From an uncultured cyanobacterium (GTDB taxonomy: Bacteria > Cyanobacteriota > Cyanobacteriia > Phormidesmidales > Phormidesmidaceae), in NCBI GenBank assembly GCA_963793265.1, contig CAWBZI010000001.1, forward strand, positions 1,472,001 to 1,536,000: DNA of 64,000 bases, given 5' to 3'. The stretch's first letter is position 1. Each line of letters opens with the position of its first letter. Below are positions 44,493-55,407 of this stretch, piece after piece. The notes beneath the pieces are model-generated. The model was not told the origin of the DNA, ran no database searches, and saw only the letters and a list, made by a program, of their open reading frames with translations. The position numbers and the translations under genes are program-made.

Positions 44493-45122
44493 ATGTCTCG
44501 CCTGAACCTATTAGAAAAGGGCAGATCGTATACGTTTCGATCATATTTTGAAATGCCTTACGAGATCGACGAGATCCTAGCCGAATTTGGCGTGGGATTT
44601 GTCCTCGAAGATCTTACTTTCCACAGGGGAGAGGCCAATTCCTCTATCGTTGAACCGCTAAAGGCAGAGCTTCAAAGCAGGCTGAAGCGCGTCCGGCTCT
44701 CTAGTGAAACTGCCCGCCGGGAAGCTTTAGTTTCTCCTATTCTTTTTAGCGTAACGGAGCAATCAAATAGTCAACTGCGCATTGAGTACGCGCTCGCTGT
44801 TGACGATCAGCTTAAGGGTAAGCTGGACTATTTAGTCAGAGGTGAGAAAAGCCTGCTCGTTGTAGAAGCTAAAAACGACGATCTCACGCGCGGGTTTACT
44901 CAGCTAGCGGTTGAGCTACTAGCCCTTTCTCGCAAAGAAAACACCCAGAAGAAACTCTACGGCGCTGTCACTATCGGCAATGTATGGCAGTTTGGTTGGT
45001 TGGATGCTGAGAAGCAAATCGTATTTCAAGATTCTTCTCTTTATCGCGTACCTACAGATTTACAAGACGTGATGGAAATTTTGATGGGCATATTAACCAG
45101 CAATCAGGCGGCGACAGATTAG
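44493..45122 (+). CDS. Hypothetical PD-(D/E)XK-like protein (HsdR N-terminal-like, common in cyanobacteria)
   Basis: SETARRE.LVSPIL, G.LDYL...VVEAK.DD...GF.QL and YGAVT.G..W.F. Confidence 0.7.
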   Translation: MSRLNLLEKGRSYTFRSYFEMPYEIDEILAEFGVGFVLEDLTFHRGEANSSIVEPLKAELQSRLKRVRLSSETARREALVSPILFSVTEQSNSQLRIEYALAVDDQLKGKLDYLVRGEKSLLVVEAKNDDLTRGFTQLAVELLALSRKENTQKKLYGAVTIGNVWQFGWLDAEKQIVFQDSSLYRVPTDLQDVMEILMGILTSNQAATD

Positions 45123-46804
45123 CTGGCAACGGCATAGTCTACAAGCTGAAGCACTTTCTGCTTGAGCGTGTCTAGACCTAATTTATTGACTGCCGAGATG
45201 AATACTGCTTGAGGGTACTCGTCTTTGGCTAGCTCTAGAGCATCGGTGCTGGCTTCATCGAGCTTGTTAAATACCAGTAGAATTGGCCCTGGTGCGATTG
45301 GCATTTGGCCGAGCAGGCCCATCACAGACTGAATGTGCTCTTTCCAGGCTGAGTGTGAGGCATCGACCACGTGAACGAGGGCGTCGGCTTCGGTGACTTC
45401 TTCTAGGGTGGCGCGAAAGGCGTCCATTAGTGCGGGCGGCAGGTCTTGGATAAAGCCTACGGTGTCGGTGAGGACGAGCGATCGCACCTCGCAGCTATCA
45501 TCTTCTGCAATCTGGATCTTCCGAGTCGTCGGATCTAGGGTCGCAAATAGCTGATCGGCGGCATACACATCCGAGTCCGTCAGGCAGTTGAGCAGGGTAG
45601 ATTTGCCCGCGTTTGTGTAGCCGATAATCGCGACAGACGGTACAGAATTTTGCTGACGGCGCTGGCGCATTCTAGCCCGGTGCTCTTGCAGCTCGCTCAC
45701 TTCTTTTTGCAGCCGACTAATCCGCTTTTGAATGGCGCGGCGCTCGGTTTCAAGCTTCGTTTCGCCAGGGCCTCGGGTGCCAATACCGCCACCAAGCCTG
45801 GACATGGCCTGGCCGCGTCCGGTCAAACGAGGAAGCTGATATTCAAGCTGCGCGAGTTCAACTTGGAGCTTACCGGCTCCTGATTTGGCGCGCTGGGCGA
45901 AAATGTCGAGGATGAGTTCGGTGCGATCGACGACGCGGATACCGACCTGGGCCTCTAGATTGCGGATTTGGGCGGGGGAAAGATCGCGATCGCACACAAT
46001 CAAATTCGCTCCCAAGGTCTGCACGGCCAAAGCCACATCCTCGACCTTACCGGCACCAATCACCGTTCGCGGATGAGGGCGAGCGCGTTTTTGCGTCATG
46101 GTTTGCAGCACGTCGCCGCCCGCGGTTTCCACCAGCCGAGTCACTTCCTCCAGGCCATTTTCAAAAGCAGCATCGGTCATTTTGTCAGTCATCAAGCCGA
46201 CCAGGATGGCGCGATCGCGATCCGTATCGACCTGCTGCGCGACAAACACCCGGCGAAATTCTTCCTCTAGCCCTTCGGCCAAGTCCAAAAAATCTTGCTC
46301 GTCGAGGTCTTCTAGCGTCAACGGCTCAGAGACTTCCCACTTCACTTCGGGGTGGGGCACCAGATGGGCCAGGTAGCTTTCGCGGATGTAGCCGGTTGCG
46401 CCGCCGCCTTTGCGCTTGAAGCCGGAGCCGCTGAGGGTGAGCAGAGCGATCGCATCTAACCGCTGAATCGCCATGGCCGTGAGCACGCTATGGCTCGGCG
46501 GCTCTACCTTAAGCTGAGTCGCCACGCAGCGAATGCCGCACAGGCGCTCGGCACCATAGCGCGGCAGCTCCAAAACAGGAATTTGCGTTTTGTGCGGAGA
46601 GCCCACGCCAACTCGAATCACATGCCCGCGCCGGTCGATATAGGCACATATTGCCTGGTTGATGTCTGTACTCACAGCCGCCAAGCGCTGGGCAAATTCT
46701 GGCGTGGTAACGCGGTCAACCGGCAACCTTTGGTGATAGATTCTTCTGAGTTCTTTGAGCTGACTGGTTTTCAGCCCCTTTAGCTCGCCGTAAATTTTCT
46801 CTAT
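45119..46804 (-). CDS. hflX: GTPase HflX (long cyanobacterial form); probable non-canonical ATA start at 46804
   Basis: GIGTRGPGE, GYTNAGKST, LFATLD, DTVGF and NKLD. The frame extends 26 codons above the ORF-track start (IEKIYGELKGLKTSQLK), with AGGAG 7 nt before the ATA. Confidence 0.93.
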   Translation of the reverse strand: MEKIYGELKGLKTSQLKELRRIYHQRLPVDRVTTPEFAQRLAAVSTDINQAICAYIDRRGHVIRVGVGSPHKTQIPVLELPRYGAERLCGIRCVATQLKVEPPSHSVLTAMAIQRLDAIALLTLSGSGFKRKGGGATGYIRESYLAHLVPHPEVKWEVSEPLTLEDLDEQDFLDLAEGLEEEFRRVFVAQQVDTDRDRAILVGLMTDKMTDAAFENGLEEVTRLVETAGGDVLQTMTQKRARPHPRTVIGAGKVEDVALAVQTLGANLIVCDRDLSPAQIRNLEAQVGIRVVDRTELILDIFAQRAKSGAGKLQVELAQLEYQLPRLTGRGQAMSRLGGGIGTRGPGETKLETERRAIQKRISRLQKEVSELQEHRARMRQRRQQNSVPSVAIIGYTNAGKSTLLNCLTDSDVYAADQLFATLDPTTRKIQIAEDDSCEVRSLVLTDTVGFIQDLPPALMDAFRATLEEVTEADALVHVVDASHSAWKEHIQSVMGLLGQMPIAPGPILLVFNKLDEASTDALELAKDEYPQAVFISAVNKLGLDTLKQKVLQLVDYAVAS

Positions 46805-47288
46805 GGGGTCACTCCTAAAACAATTGCAGTTCTCTCTATTCTAGAGAGGTGAGCGCGCAGGCTTCACAGAGCTTAAAGATAGAAATACTCCAAGTAGTAC
46901 ACTTAATAGTACAATCAAGCGCAAGGGAGTTAATATTGCAGCGATTACTACGGTTTTCTTCAAATGTCAGGCTTTTATCTTATTTAGGTCTGTCGGAATA
47001 TTGAGGAATAGATTGCCTTGGCTCTATAAACTGGAGTAAAAGCTATAAGCTAGCTCTCGTTAACAAAAGACTAGCGATCGCAGCTAGTCACCTTGCAGTG
47101 AAGGCGCTACTATGGTGCCTTAATTTATACTTTGCTTACTGTCAGTACTTTTTAGGCAGTTCTTTTACAGCTGAATGGGCTATTACTTTCGGAATGGTCA
47201 TCGGCTCTTTAAAGTGACAAGAACTCTCTAAAAAAAGCACAGCATAGCGAAGTTTTAGTTCTCTGTCCTTAACTAAATACCCACTACT

Positions 47289-47708
47289 ATGACTACCGAA
47301 TTTAAAACAGACGAGCCTGTCGTCACCAACGGCGTCCGAACGCCCGCAGAAGCCACCGAACCGCCTGCTAATGAGTCGGTTGAACAATTGAAAGCTGTGA
47401 CCGCTAAAGTGGTCGATAGCCTGGGAGAATTGCCCAAGTACTTTGGTGAGTTTTTTCGAGAGTACAAGCGACCTTTGCTTGCGTTGGGCCTTATTTTCGG
47501 CGCGTTTATCGCCGTCAAGCTCACCCTGGCAATCTTAGATGCCATCAACGATGTGCCCGTACTAGCGCCTTTGTTTGAGCTAATCGGCCTCATTTATAGC
47601 GGCTGGTTTATCTACCGCTATCTACTCAAGGCATCCAATCGCGCTGAACTTGCTAGCGAGATGAACGGCCTCAAAGATCAGGTTTTGGGTCGAGCTTCTC
47701 AGATGTAG
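47289..47708 (+). CDS. curT: CAAD/CURT1 thylakoid curvature protein
   Basis: LAILDAINDVP.LAPLFELIGLIYSGWFIYRYLL.AS.R.EL. Confidence 0.9.
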   Translation: MTTEFKTDEPVVTNGVRTPAEATEPPANESVEQLKAVTAKVVDSLGELPKYFGEFFREYKRPLLALGLIFGAFIAVKLTLAILDAINDVPVLAPLFELIGLIYSGWFIYRYLLKASNRAELASEMNGLKDQVLGRASQM

Positions 47709-47755
47709 ATTTGCTCAAAGCTTTTGAGATGAGTCTATTTAGATAAGCACATCGT

Positions 47756-47800
47756 AAATGCCGGTTGCCTTCCGATTCTTTGGAACGACCGGCATTTTTT
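47756..47800 (+). terminator. Intrinsic terminator after curT
   Basis: aaatgccggttg...cgaccggcattttt stem with a T-run. Confidence 0.8.
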
Positions 47801-47960
47801 ATGGCATTTTTACATGGCATTTGTAAGCACTGGGAAACCCGAACATCGGCCCGGTCTGTCGCCTTTAATTTTGCCTCCTATACTAAAGGGAAAGAGATTT
47901 GGAGACTACCACCGAAAGTCTGTACAAGAAGAAGACTGGTGGGCTTTGCGAGGCAATAGC

Positions 47961-49322
47961 ATGAATGCAGCGTTAGATGTTAAAGAACTGAACCCAAACG
48001 TGATGAAGGCGGTGGAGTCTCTTGACTACCGGGTGACGGTGGGCGATGTGGCTGCAAAGGCGGGTTTGAATGTGGAGGTGGCGCAGCAGGGGTTGCTGGC
48101 GCTGGCCTCGGAGACGCAAGGGCATTTGCAGGTGTCGGAAACGGGCGAGATTGCCTATGAGTTTCCGAAAAACTTTAGGGGCGTGCTGCGCAGTAAGTAC
48201 TGGCAGTTGCGCTTTAAGGAGTCGGCGGCGAAGGTGTGGCGGGTGGTGTTTTACCTGATTCGCATTTCGTTTGGCTTGCTGCTAATGCTGTCGATTGCGG
48301 TAATTGCGATCGCAATTTTGGCACTCACCGTTGCAATGGCTAGCCAGGGTGGCGGCGGCAACAACCGAGACGATCGGGGCGGCGGTGGATTCATGATTTT
48401 CCCCACCAACTTCTTTTATTTCTTCAGCCCAGGCTACGGACGCAGGCGCTACTACTCTAACGGCTATGGCCGACGTGGGATGAGTCCGGCGAGGCGATCG
48501 CAGGGACGCGCGCCGAGCGATCAGCCCAACTTCCTTGAAGCTATCTTCTCCTTTCTCTTTGGCGACGGCGATCCTAATGCCGACCTAGAAGAACGTCGCT
48601 GGCAAACAATCGGAACGGTAATTGCTAACAACAAAGGCGCGGTTACGGCTGAGCAAATTGCACCTTATTTAGACGACTTAGGCGAAGGCTCTGATCGAGA
48701 GTTTGAAGACTACATGCTGCCAGTACTCAGCCGCTTTAACGGTGTGCCTGAAGTGAGCCCAACCGGAGACTTGGTGTATTACTTTCCAGAGCTTCAGGTC
48801 ACCGCAGCTCAGAGAAGATCTTCTAATGTAGCGGCTTATTTGAAAGAGGTTAAGCGTAAGTTTACATCGGCCTCTTCGGGGCAGGTGATGGGTGCGATCG
48901 CATTAGGCTCATTAAACATTGTTGGCGCTTTAGTGCTTTGGAATATGTTTCAAAGCGCAGTGGCTCAGGGCATCGTGCTCACCGGATATTTAGCACTGGT
49001 TCAATCTATCTTCTGGGTGCTGCTCGCTTACGGGATTGGCTTTTTAGGCATTCCTTTAGCTCGCTATTACTGGACGCAGTGGCGCAACAGCAAAATTGAA
49101 AAGCGCAACGAAGAACGCGCCGATCGGGCAATCATGCTCAACCAGTTAAGCGGTGTCGATCGCTTTCAGCAAAAGCTGGCCTTTGCCCATCAGTTTGCTG
49201 AGCAGAAGGTACTGCGGGCTGATGAGTCTGTTTACGACTCTGGCAAGGACATGCTGACCCAAGAGCTTGAGCAAAAGGATCGAATAGACGCTGAGTTTCA
49301 GCGGCGGCTTAACGAGATTTGA
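47961..49322 (+). CDS. Conserved cyanobacterial/plastid membrane protein (At5g03900-like)
   Basis: RVTVGDVAA.AGL, FLEAIFSFLFGDGDPN..LEERRW and PVL.RFNG.PEV. Start placed at ATG 47961. Confidence 0.8.
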   Translation: MNAALDVKELNPNVMKAVESLDYRVTVGDVAAKAGLNVEVAQQGLLALASETQGHLQVSETGEIAYEFPKNFRGVLRSKYWQLRFKESAAKVWRVVFYLIRISFGLLLMLSIAVIAIAILALTVAMASQGGGGNNRDDRGGGGFMIFPTNFFYFFSPGYGRRRYYSNGYGRRGMSPARRSQGRAPSDQPNFLEAIFSFLFGDGDPNADLEERRWQTIGTVIANNKGAVTAEQIAPYLDDLGEGSDREFEDYMLPVLSRFNGVPEVSPTGDLVYYFPELQVTAAQRRSSNVAAYLKEVKRKFTSASSGQVMGAIALGSLNIVGALVLWNMFQSAVAQGIVLTGYLALVQSIFWVLLAYGIGFLGIPLARYYWTQWRNSKIEKRNEERADRAIMLNQLSGVDRFQQKLAFAHQFAEQKVLRADESVYDSGKDMLTQELEQKDRIDAEFQRRLNEI

Positions 49323-49358
49323 TGATGTCTTTGGGTAGGGTGTAGAGATTGTTGCGAA

Positions 49359-52300
49359 CTACTGCTGAATCAGCGACAACAACTGCTCTGTCGAAACCTT
49401 ACCGCTCGCATCCGATCCTGTCAGCAAACTATCGGCAAGATCGCGCTTGAGCTTATGCAAAGAGACAATCTTGTCTTCAATCGTTCCTTTGGCCACCAGT
49501 CGATAAATCGTCACCGGGCGCTGCTGTCCAATCCGATAGGCTCTATCGCTCGCCTGATCTTCTACCGCCGGATTCCACCAGGGATCCATATGTATCACGT
49601 AGTCTGCCGCCGTCAGGTTTAAGCCCGTTCCACCCGCTTTAAGACTGATTAAAAACACGTCGCCTTCACCGTCTTGAAAGGCATCAACACGCACCTTCCG
49701 TTGCTTCGCGGGCGTACTGCCATCAAGATACTGATAGGAAATCTTTTGCTTATCTAAATGCTTACGCAAGATTTTGAGATGATCAACAAACTGGCTGAAT
49801 ACCAGCGCCTTATGACCGTTGTCCAACAGTTCTGCAATCAGATCAGCAAACTGCTGCAACTTTGTGCTCTCTATGCCTAGCTCAGGTCGCACTAATGCCG
49901 GATTGCAGCAGGCACGACGCAGCCGCATAATTTCAGCAAGCACCTGCAAATGCTTTTGGCCCGCCTGCACCTCTTTGCCGCTCAGCTTTTCTAGCGCCTC
50001 TCTTCTTAACGCCTCGTAAAAGGCCATCTCATCATCACTCAGCTCTACAGGCAGCGTAATTTCTGTTCGCGAGGGCAGCTCCGTAAGCACCTGATCTTTT
50101 GTACGGCGCAAGATGAAGGGCTGAATAATCTTTCTAAGCGCATCGCGGGCGGCTTCGTCTTGGTCGCGCTCAATCGGGTTAGCAAAGCGGAGATTGAAGC
50201 TGTCGAGCGAGCCTAGCAGGCCCGGATTAATGAAGCGAAACAGGTTCCAGAGTTCGCCCAGGTGATTTTCAATTGGGGTGCCAGTCATGATGATTTTGAA
50301 GCTGCCCTGTAGGGCCATCACGGCTTGCGATCGCCTAGTCGCCTGATTCTTAATCGCCTGCGCCTCATCAAGCACAATGGTTTCCCAACTCACCTCCGCC
50401 AGCATATTAGCCACCTCATCCTGCTGCAAAAGCCCATAGCTACACACCAGCAGATCCTTCGGCCCCAGGCTCTCTACAAGCTGCTGCCGACTACCCGTAC
50501 CAAAGCTTTTCACCTGCAAACTCGGCGCAAATCGCTCGGCCTCACTGCTCCAGTTCATACACACCGAAGTCGGCGCAATCACTAGCGTTGGCCCCTTACG
50601 ACAGCGGCTCAGAATCACGGCGAGTCCTTGCAGGGTTTTGCCCAAGCCCATATCGTCAGCTAGGCAAGCGCCCACACCCCAGCGCGCCAGCCTAGACAGC
50701 CAAACATAGCCTTCACGCTGATAGTCTCGTAGCTTAGCCTTAAGCCCGCTTGGCAGTTTGGGCTTGATCTGCTGCGCCGTTTTAATGCGTTTGATATGCG
50801 ATCGCCACGCCTGATCAACCTCAAGCTGTTTCATACCAGCCATGGCTTCATCAAGCGCCAAAGCGGCGGTTCCATGAATTCGCACCTCGTTACTACGAGA
50901 CTCCGACACCCGGCTTAGAGACTGCAAGCGCCTGCGAAACTCATCTGTGAGCGCCAAAAACTCTCCACCTGCTAGCGGAATAAACTGCCCGGTGGCTGAG
51001 TTCATCAGCAACATAAGCTGTTGCAGATCAACCACATGTCCTTCGCTGACCTGCAATTCTCCACTGGCCGCAAACCAGTCTTTTTTGCGATGAATGTTGA
51101 TCTTAAAATCGCTAACGCCAAACTGACGAGAGATCTTAAACTTCTCACCTTCTGGCCATTCAACCTTCACCTTCTCTCCGAGTTCTTGAAGCTGCAACAA
51201 TAGCGCTAAGCAATCAGAAGTCTCATCAACTAGCCACTCTCCCGAGTCCGCCTTATACTGCTGAAGCACCGCGCACGCTCTCTTCACCGCGCTGGTATTT
51301 TTCCTCTCCATCTGTAGATCTCTCTGCGTTTGCAGACGATTACCCTCTACTTCGGCAATCACTGTCTCCCCACCTTTCCCCGGCGGATAGTAAGCACCAC
51401 CTGTCGAAAACGGGCGAACTAGCAGCGATACTTTTAGCCCTTCACCTGCGGGCAGTAAATGCACGTGCGGGGTCGCATCGGCAGGCACTTCTTCGGCGTC
51501 TGTACCGCCACCGATATCGGATTGAATGGTGACCAAGCTCGCAATAGAGGCGATCGCATCTAACACCTTTTCTTCAGCAGCAGCAGGCACCTCTAACTGA
51601 TTTCGCGGCCCCAACACCTGCGCAATTCGCTGGTGCTGCTCATTAATCACAATCACCTTTAGCCGAGTCGGCGTTTCTTTTACCACCAGCACATCAGAAT
51701 TTTTCACAGGCGGCGATAGCGCTAGGCGGAGGCGATCGCTATCCAACCGTTTCACCAACAGCTCAGGCTCACCAGCCACCACATCTACTCGCACGGTTGG
51801 CGCGTCTTCCCAAAAGACTAGGGGATGCCCGATGAGCGATCGCAATGCCTCAGCCGTAAACGTATACTTAGGCTTGGAATACTGAGAATAATAGTGTTCC
51901 TCGTACCCGACCTCTAGACCGTCGCAAACCTGTCTGTCCTGGTCAGTGAAGTAGTCTATTTTTTCAGTAGCAAGGCGCTTTAGGGCGATCGCCTTGCCCT
52001 TTGTCCAGCCACCTTTTACGCTAAGTTTTTGTTCTATTGGCGTAAGCGACCAAAAGGTAGAAGAGATAAATCGCAGCCGCCAAACTAAACGAAAGGTAGC
52101 CTGTGGAACAGCCGTCTCTTCAACAGCTTGTGGGCTCACTAAATTGGTAAGCGCGTTTAGCGATAGCTCCCAGGCAGCTTTCTTTTGAATAACACCGAGC
52201 AAAGGAAGACTTTGTGTTCTATCTCGCAGCGCAATGATATTCTCGGCATAGATACTTTTGTTTTGATAGCTCACCAACAGTTCAGCAGTCTCTAGTGCGA

Positions 52301-53582
52301 TCCAGTCGTAGCCTGCGTTGAGTGCGCTTTGGCACAGAGGCGGTAGCTCGGCAGCAAAGCGCTGGCCGATATGCTGGGTATCTAGCCAATAAAGGCTGTA
52401 GATTTCGATAAGAAAGGGTAGGCCCGCATTGCTGAAAGCGTGTTGCGTAAACTGTTCTGCGGTTTCTGTTCCTGTGGCAAATTTTCCTTGCTGCGTATGT
52501 AGAACGCTTCGCAGCATTGGCATACTGCGCTTGAGCCCATGTTCTTTTTGTCGTAGTAATAAAGAGGCGTATTTCTCAGCTTCGGCGTAGGCTGTAGGGC
52601 TACCGTCTTTGAGCAGAGCAAAAAAGAAGAGAGCGGCGGCTGACTGTTCAAACCATTCGGCCTTAGCAGATTGTGATTTGCCAGTAGCTTTTAAAGCGCT
52701 GCGGTAGTGGGCTAGGGCTTCTGTATTTTGATCAAAGAGAAAGGCGATCACACCCAACAAAGCGCTATGACTCGCCTTATCATCGCCCGTGACTTTAGTA
52801 TTTGCGAGTACATCGGCAGCTTCGTTGATGTAGCCGCGCAACCATAGCTGCTCAGCATAAACAAGGCATAGCGCCGGGCTCAACTGATAATCGTTATAGG
52901 CTTCTTCTAGCAGGGCAAAAGGCTCATGAGCAGGTGCGCCCTTTTCTACAGCATCTCTCAGAATGACGCTCAGCCCAAGCTCAAAAAACTCTCTAGAAAG
53001 GCCGTTGAACCAGTCTACGTCAAAAGGATTTGTGAGTGCCTGTCGTAGTACCTCTGGGAAAGAAACGGTCGCTGGCCAGTAAACGTGCTTAAGGTCTTCG
53101 AGTAGCGCGTCTATTTCCCGCAGGTCTTGCCGGTAGATGGCAATTCTTAGCTCTCGGATGAACTGGGATTCTTGACGAAAGTTTAGCGGGCCGTCAGGAT
53201 AGCGTTCATAAACAGGGAAGTGGGTTGCGATCGCCATAGCAATCGGCTCAAATGTGCCTGCAACAACCGCATCTCGCACCACAATATCAATCAGAACCTC
53301 ATGACAGTGAACGCCCTTTGACCGCTGCTGACTGAGAATATCCTGGTCAACCAGTTCTGTTATGAGCCCTCTAAAAGGTTTGGTTTCTATAGGCTCAATT
53401 TCTAGATGTTCGAGAAGATCGCTGTTTCGAGCGATCGCACTATTCCAGCACTTAAACGCGACTTCACGGCTAACAGGTTCGTAGAGTATGGCGATGACCT
53501 GGACGAGCGATCGCGCCGCATCCGATAGCTGCCGGTACTTTTTCTCAAGCGCCCGTTGCTGTGGGGTCATCACAAAACTCAT
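49359..53582 (-). CDS. SNF2-family helicase/translocase
   Basis: LRDYQ, LADDMGLGKT, LDEAQAIKN, TGTPIEN, FSQF, SLKAGGTGLNL and WWNPAVEDQA.DRAYRIGQ. Confidence 0.96.
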   Translation of the reverse strand: MSFVMTPQQRALEKKYRQLSDAARSLVQVIAILYEPVSREVAFKCWNSAIARNSDLLEHLEIEPIETKPFRGLITELVDQDILSQQRSKGVHCHEVLIDIVVRDAVVAGTFEPIAMAIATHFPVYERYPDGPLNFRQESQFIRELRIAIYRQDLREIDALLEDLKHVYWPATVSFPEVLRQALTNPFDVDWFNGLSREFFELGLSVILRDAVEKGAPAHEPFALLEEAYNDYQLSPALCLVYAEQLWLRGYINEAADVLANTKVTGDDKASHSALLGVIAFLFDQNTEALAHYRSALKATGKSQSAKAEWFEQSAAALFFFALLKDGSPTAYAEAEKYASLLLRQKEHGLKRSMPMLRSVLHTQQGKFATGTETAEQFTQHAFSNAGLPFLIEIYSLYWLDTQHIGQRFAAELPPLCQSALNAGYDWIALETAELLVSYQNKSIYAENIIALRDRTQSLPLLGVIQKKAAWELSLNALTNLVSPQAVEETAVPQATFRLVWRLRFISSTFWSLTPIEQKLSVKGGWTKGKAIALKRLATEKIDYFTDQDRQVCDGLEVGYEEHYYSQYSKPKYTFTAEALRSLIGHPLVFWEDAPTVRVDVVAGEPELLVKRLDSDRLRLALSPPVKNSDVLVVKETPTRLKVIVINEQHQRIAQVLGPRNQLEVPAAAEEKVLDAIASIASLVTIQSDIGGGTDAEEVPADATPHVHLLPAGEGLKVSLLVRPFSTGGAYYPPGKGGETVIAEVEGNRLQTQRDLQMERKNTSAVKRACAVLQQYKADSGEWLVDETSDCLALLLQLQELGEKVKVEWPEGEKFKISRQFGVSDFKINIHRKKDWFAASGELQVSEGHVVDLQQLMLLMNSATGQFIPLAGGEFLALTDEFRRRLQSLSRVSESRSNEVRIHGTAALALDEAMAGMKQLEVDQAWRSHIKRIKTAQQIKPKLPSGLKAKLRDYQREGYVWLSRLARWGVGACLADDMGLGKTLQGLAVILSRCRKGPTLVIAPTSVCMNWSSEAERFAPSLQVKSFGTGSRQQLVESLGPKDLLVCSYGLLQQDEVANMLAEVSWETIVLDEAQAIKNQATRRSQAVMALQGSFKIIMTGTPIENHLGELWNLFRFINPGLLGSLDSFNLRFANPIERDQDEAARDALRKIIQPFILRRTKDQVLTELPSRTEITLPVELSDDEMAFYEALRREALEKLSGKEVQAGQKHLQVLAEIMRLRRACCNPALVRPELGIESTKLQQFADLIAELLDNGHKALVFSQFVDHLKILRKHLDKQKISYQYLDGSTPAKQRKVRVDAFQDGEGDVFLISLKAGGTGLNLTAADYVIHMDPWWNPAVEDQASDRAYRIGQQRPVTIYRLVAKGTIEDKIVSLHKLKRDLADSLLTGSDASGKVSTEQLLSLIQQ

Positions 53583-53588
53583 AGCCGT

Positions 53589-54488
53589 TTAGTCCCAATT
53601 CTCACGACGCAACAGCGGATTAATAAACTCGTTGAGCCCTTCGCCAATCAGCGACAGACCTGTCACCATCGTCGTAATCGCCAATCCTGGAAAGAGCGCC
53701 GTCCACCATATACCTGTCGGCAAAGCATCCAGTGCCTTGCGCAAAGCATCGCCCCACTCAGGCGTAGCCCCTGGTAAGCCAAGGCCCAAAAAGCCCAGTC
53801 CGCCCAGCACCAGCACCGCGTCCGCCGCATTCAATGTAAAGAGTACTGGCACACTTTGCACAACGTTAAGAAACAAATAGCGAGAGAGCACCACCCAGGT
53901 AGACGCGCCCATCGATTGGGCGGCCTCAATAAATAGCTCCGTTTTAACGCTAACGGTGTGGTTGCGAACCACCCGGTAGTACTGAGGCACGTAGGCAATG
54001 GAAAGCGCCACGGCTGCATTAACGACGCCACGGCCCACCACAAAAGCCAGCGTGACTGACAGCAAAAGCCCCGGCAGCGTGTAAATCGTGTCCATAAAAA
54101 ACAGCAGTATTCGGTCAATAGCGCCGCCTCGATAGCCGCTCACCATGCCCAGCGGTACGCCAATTGCCAGGCTCATTACCGTGGCTAAAATCACTACCTG
54201 CCAGGCCGCCCGAGCACCGTAGAGCGTCCGCGCGAAAATATCATAGCCTTCGCGATCTGTGCCGAACCAGTGCGCACTAGAAGGTGGCTCGTGCGGAATA
54301 TTGGCTAAGCCTTGCAGCGGATCTTGAATCCAGCCCCAGCTTTGCATAAGCGGGGCGAACAGGGCGGCTAATACAAACACCAGCGTGATTGAGATGCCTG
54401 CATACATCAGCGCCACCGAAATGGTCAGCGGGCGATCGCTCCCCTTAAAAAGTCCACCTAAAAAGCTGCGTCGTGTTTCTGGAGCCAT
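53589..54488 (-). CDS. ABC transporter permease (DppC/OppC type)
   Basis: HWFGTD..G.DIF.R..YG, EAA motif (FIEAAQSMGAS) and LGFLGLG. Confidence 0.93.
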   Translation of the reverse strand: MAPETRRSFLGGLFKGSDRPLTISVALMYAGISITLVFVLAALFAPLMQSWGWIQDPLQGLANIPHEPPSSAHWFGTDREGYDIFARTLYGARAAWQVVILATVMSLAIGVPLGMVSGYRGGAIDRILLFFMDTIYTLPGLLLSVTLAFVVGRGVVNAAVALSIAYVPQYYRVVRNHTVSVKTELFIEAAQSMGASTWVVLSRYLFLNVVQSVPVLFTLNAADAVLVLGGLGFLGLGLPGATPEWGDALRKALDALPTGIWWTALFPGLAITTMVTGLSLIGEGLNEFINPLLRRENWD

Positions 54489-54575
54489 GACTATAATCGC
54501 TTAGTAAAGTCGGCTTTTATTGTCGCAGGGATTGAGCAATCTGGTGACTTTCTATTGATATTTCGAGGATTCATT

Positions 54576-55356
54576 GTGCGCGATCGCCCCCACTCTCGCC
54601 AAGACGCTACCCAACGCTTTTCCGACCGAGTAGAAAACTACGTTCGCTATCGCCCGAGCTACCCGTCAGGCGTCCTTGCCCTGCTACAGCAAGAAACCCA
54701 CCTAACGCCTACCGACAGCATCGCAGATATTGGCTCAGGTACGGGCATTTCTGCCGAGCTGTTTTTGCGTAATGGCAATTCAGTTTTTGGCGTAGAGCCG
54801 AATTCAGCAATGCGGTTAGCAGCAGCGCAACAGTTACGCTCATATCCAACCTTTCACAGCGTCACAGGTACCGCCGAATCAACAACGCTACCGAGTCAGT
54901 CTGTTGATTATGTAATAGCCGCTCAAGCTTTTCACTGGTTTGATCAGCAAAAGGCTAAACAAGAGTTTGCGCGTATTCTTAAGCCCGAAGGATGGGTTGT
55001 ATTGATCTGGAATTCTAGACGAACAGAATCAACCGCGTTCCTTCGTGACTATGAAGCGCTGCTACAGCAGTACGGTACTGACTACAAAGAGATTCGTCAT
55101 AAGAATATTGTACTGCTTGAGCTGCAAGCTTTCTTCAACGGATCGGTAGAAACAAAATCTCTCTACAACGAACAGCTTCTTCGATTTCACCGCACTCAAA
55201 GGAAGGCTTCTTTCTTCGTCTTACACACCTAATGAACAGCATCCAAACTTTCAGCAGATGGTAGACGCACTAGAGAAGATATTTAAGACGCATCAGCAGG
55301 CAGGCAAGGTATGTGTTGAGTACGATACTGAAATTTACTTTGGTCGCATGGTGTAG
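54576..55356 (+). pseudogene. Class I SAM-dependent methyltransferase with a frameshift near 55177
   Basis: ADIGSGTG, GVEP, AQAFHWF and LKP.G. The family C-terminus (FDFTALKGRLLSSSYTP...VEYDTEIYFG) continues in another frame to TAG 55356. Confidence 0.8.
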
Positions 55357-55407
55357 TGCGATCGCTTCAAGAAACAAATCAACTCCTTGAAGCGACAAAC
55401 CTGCCCC

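Noticed and set aside
49359..53582. SNF2 helicase as part of a DISARM/BREX-type defence system
   Set aside because: No methylase, PglZ or phospholipase D partners nearby; the neighbours are an ABC permease and a conserved membrane protein.
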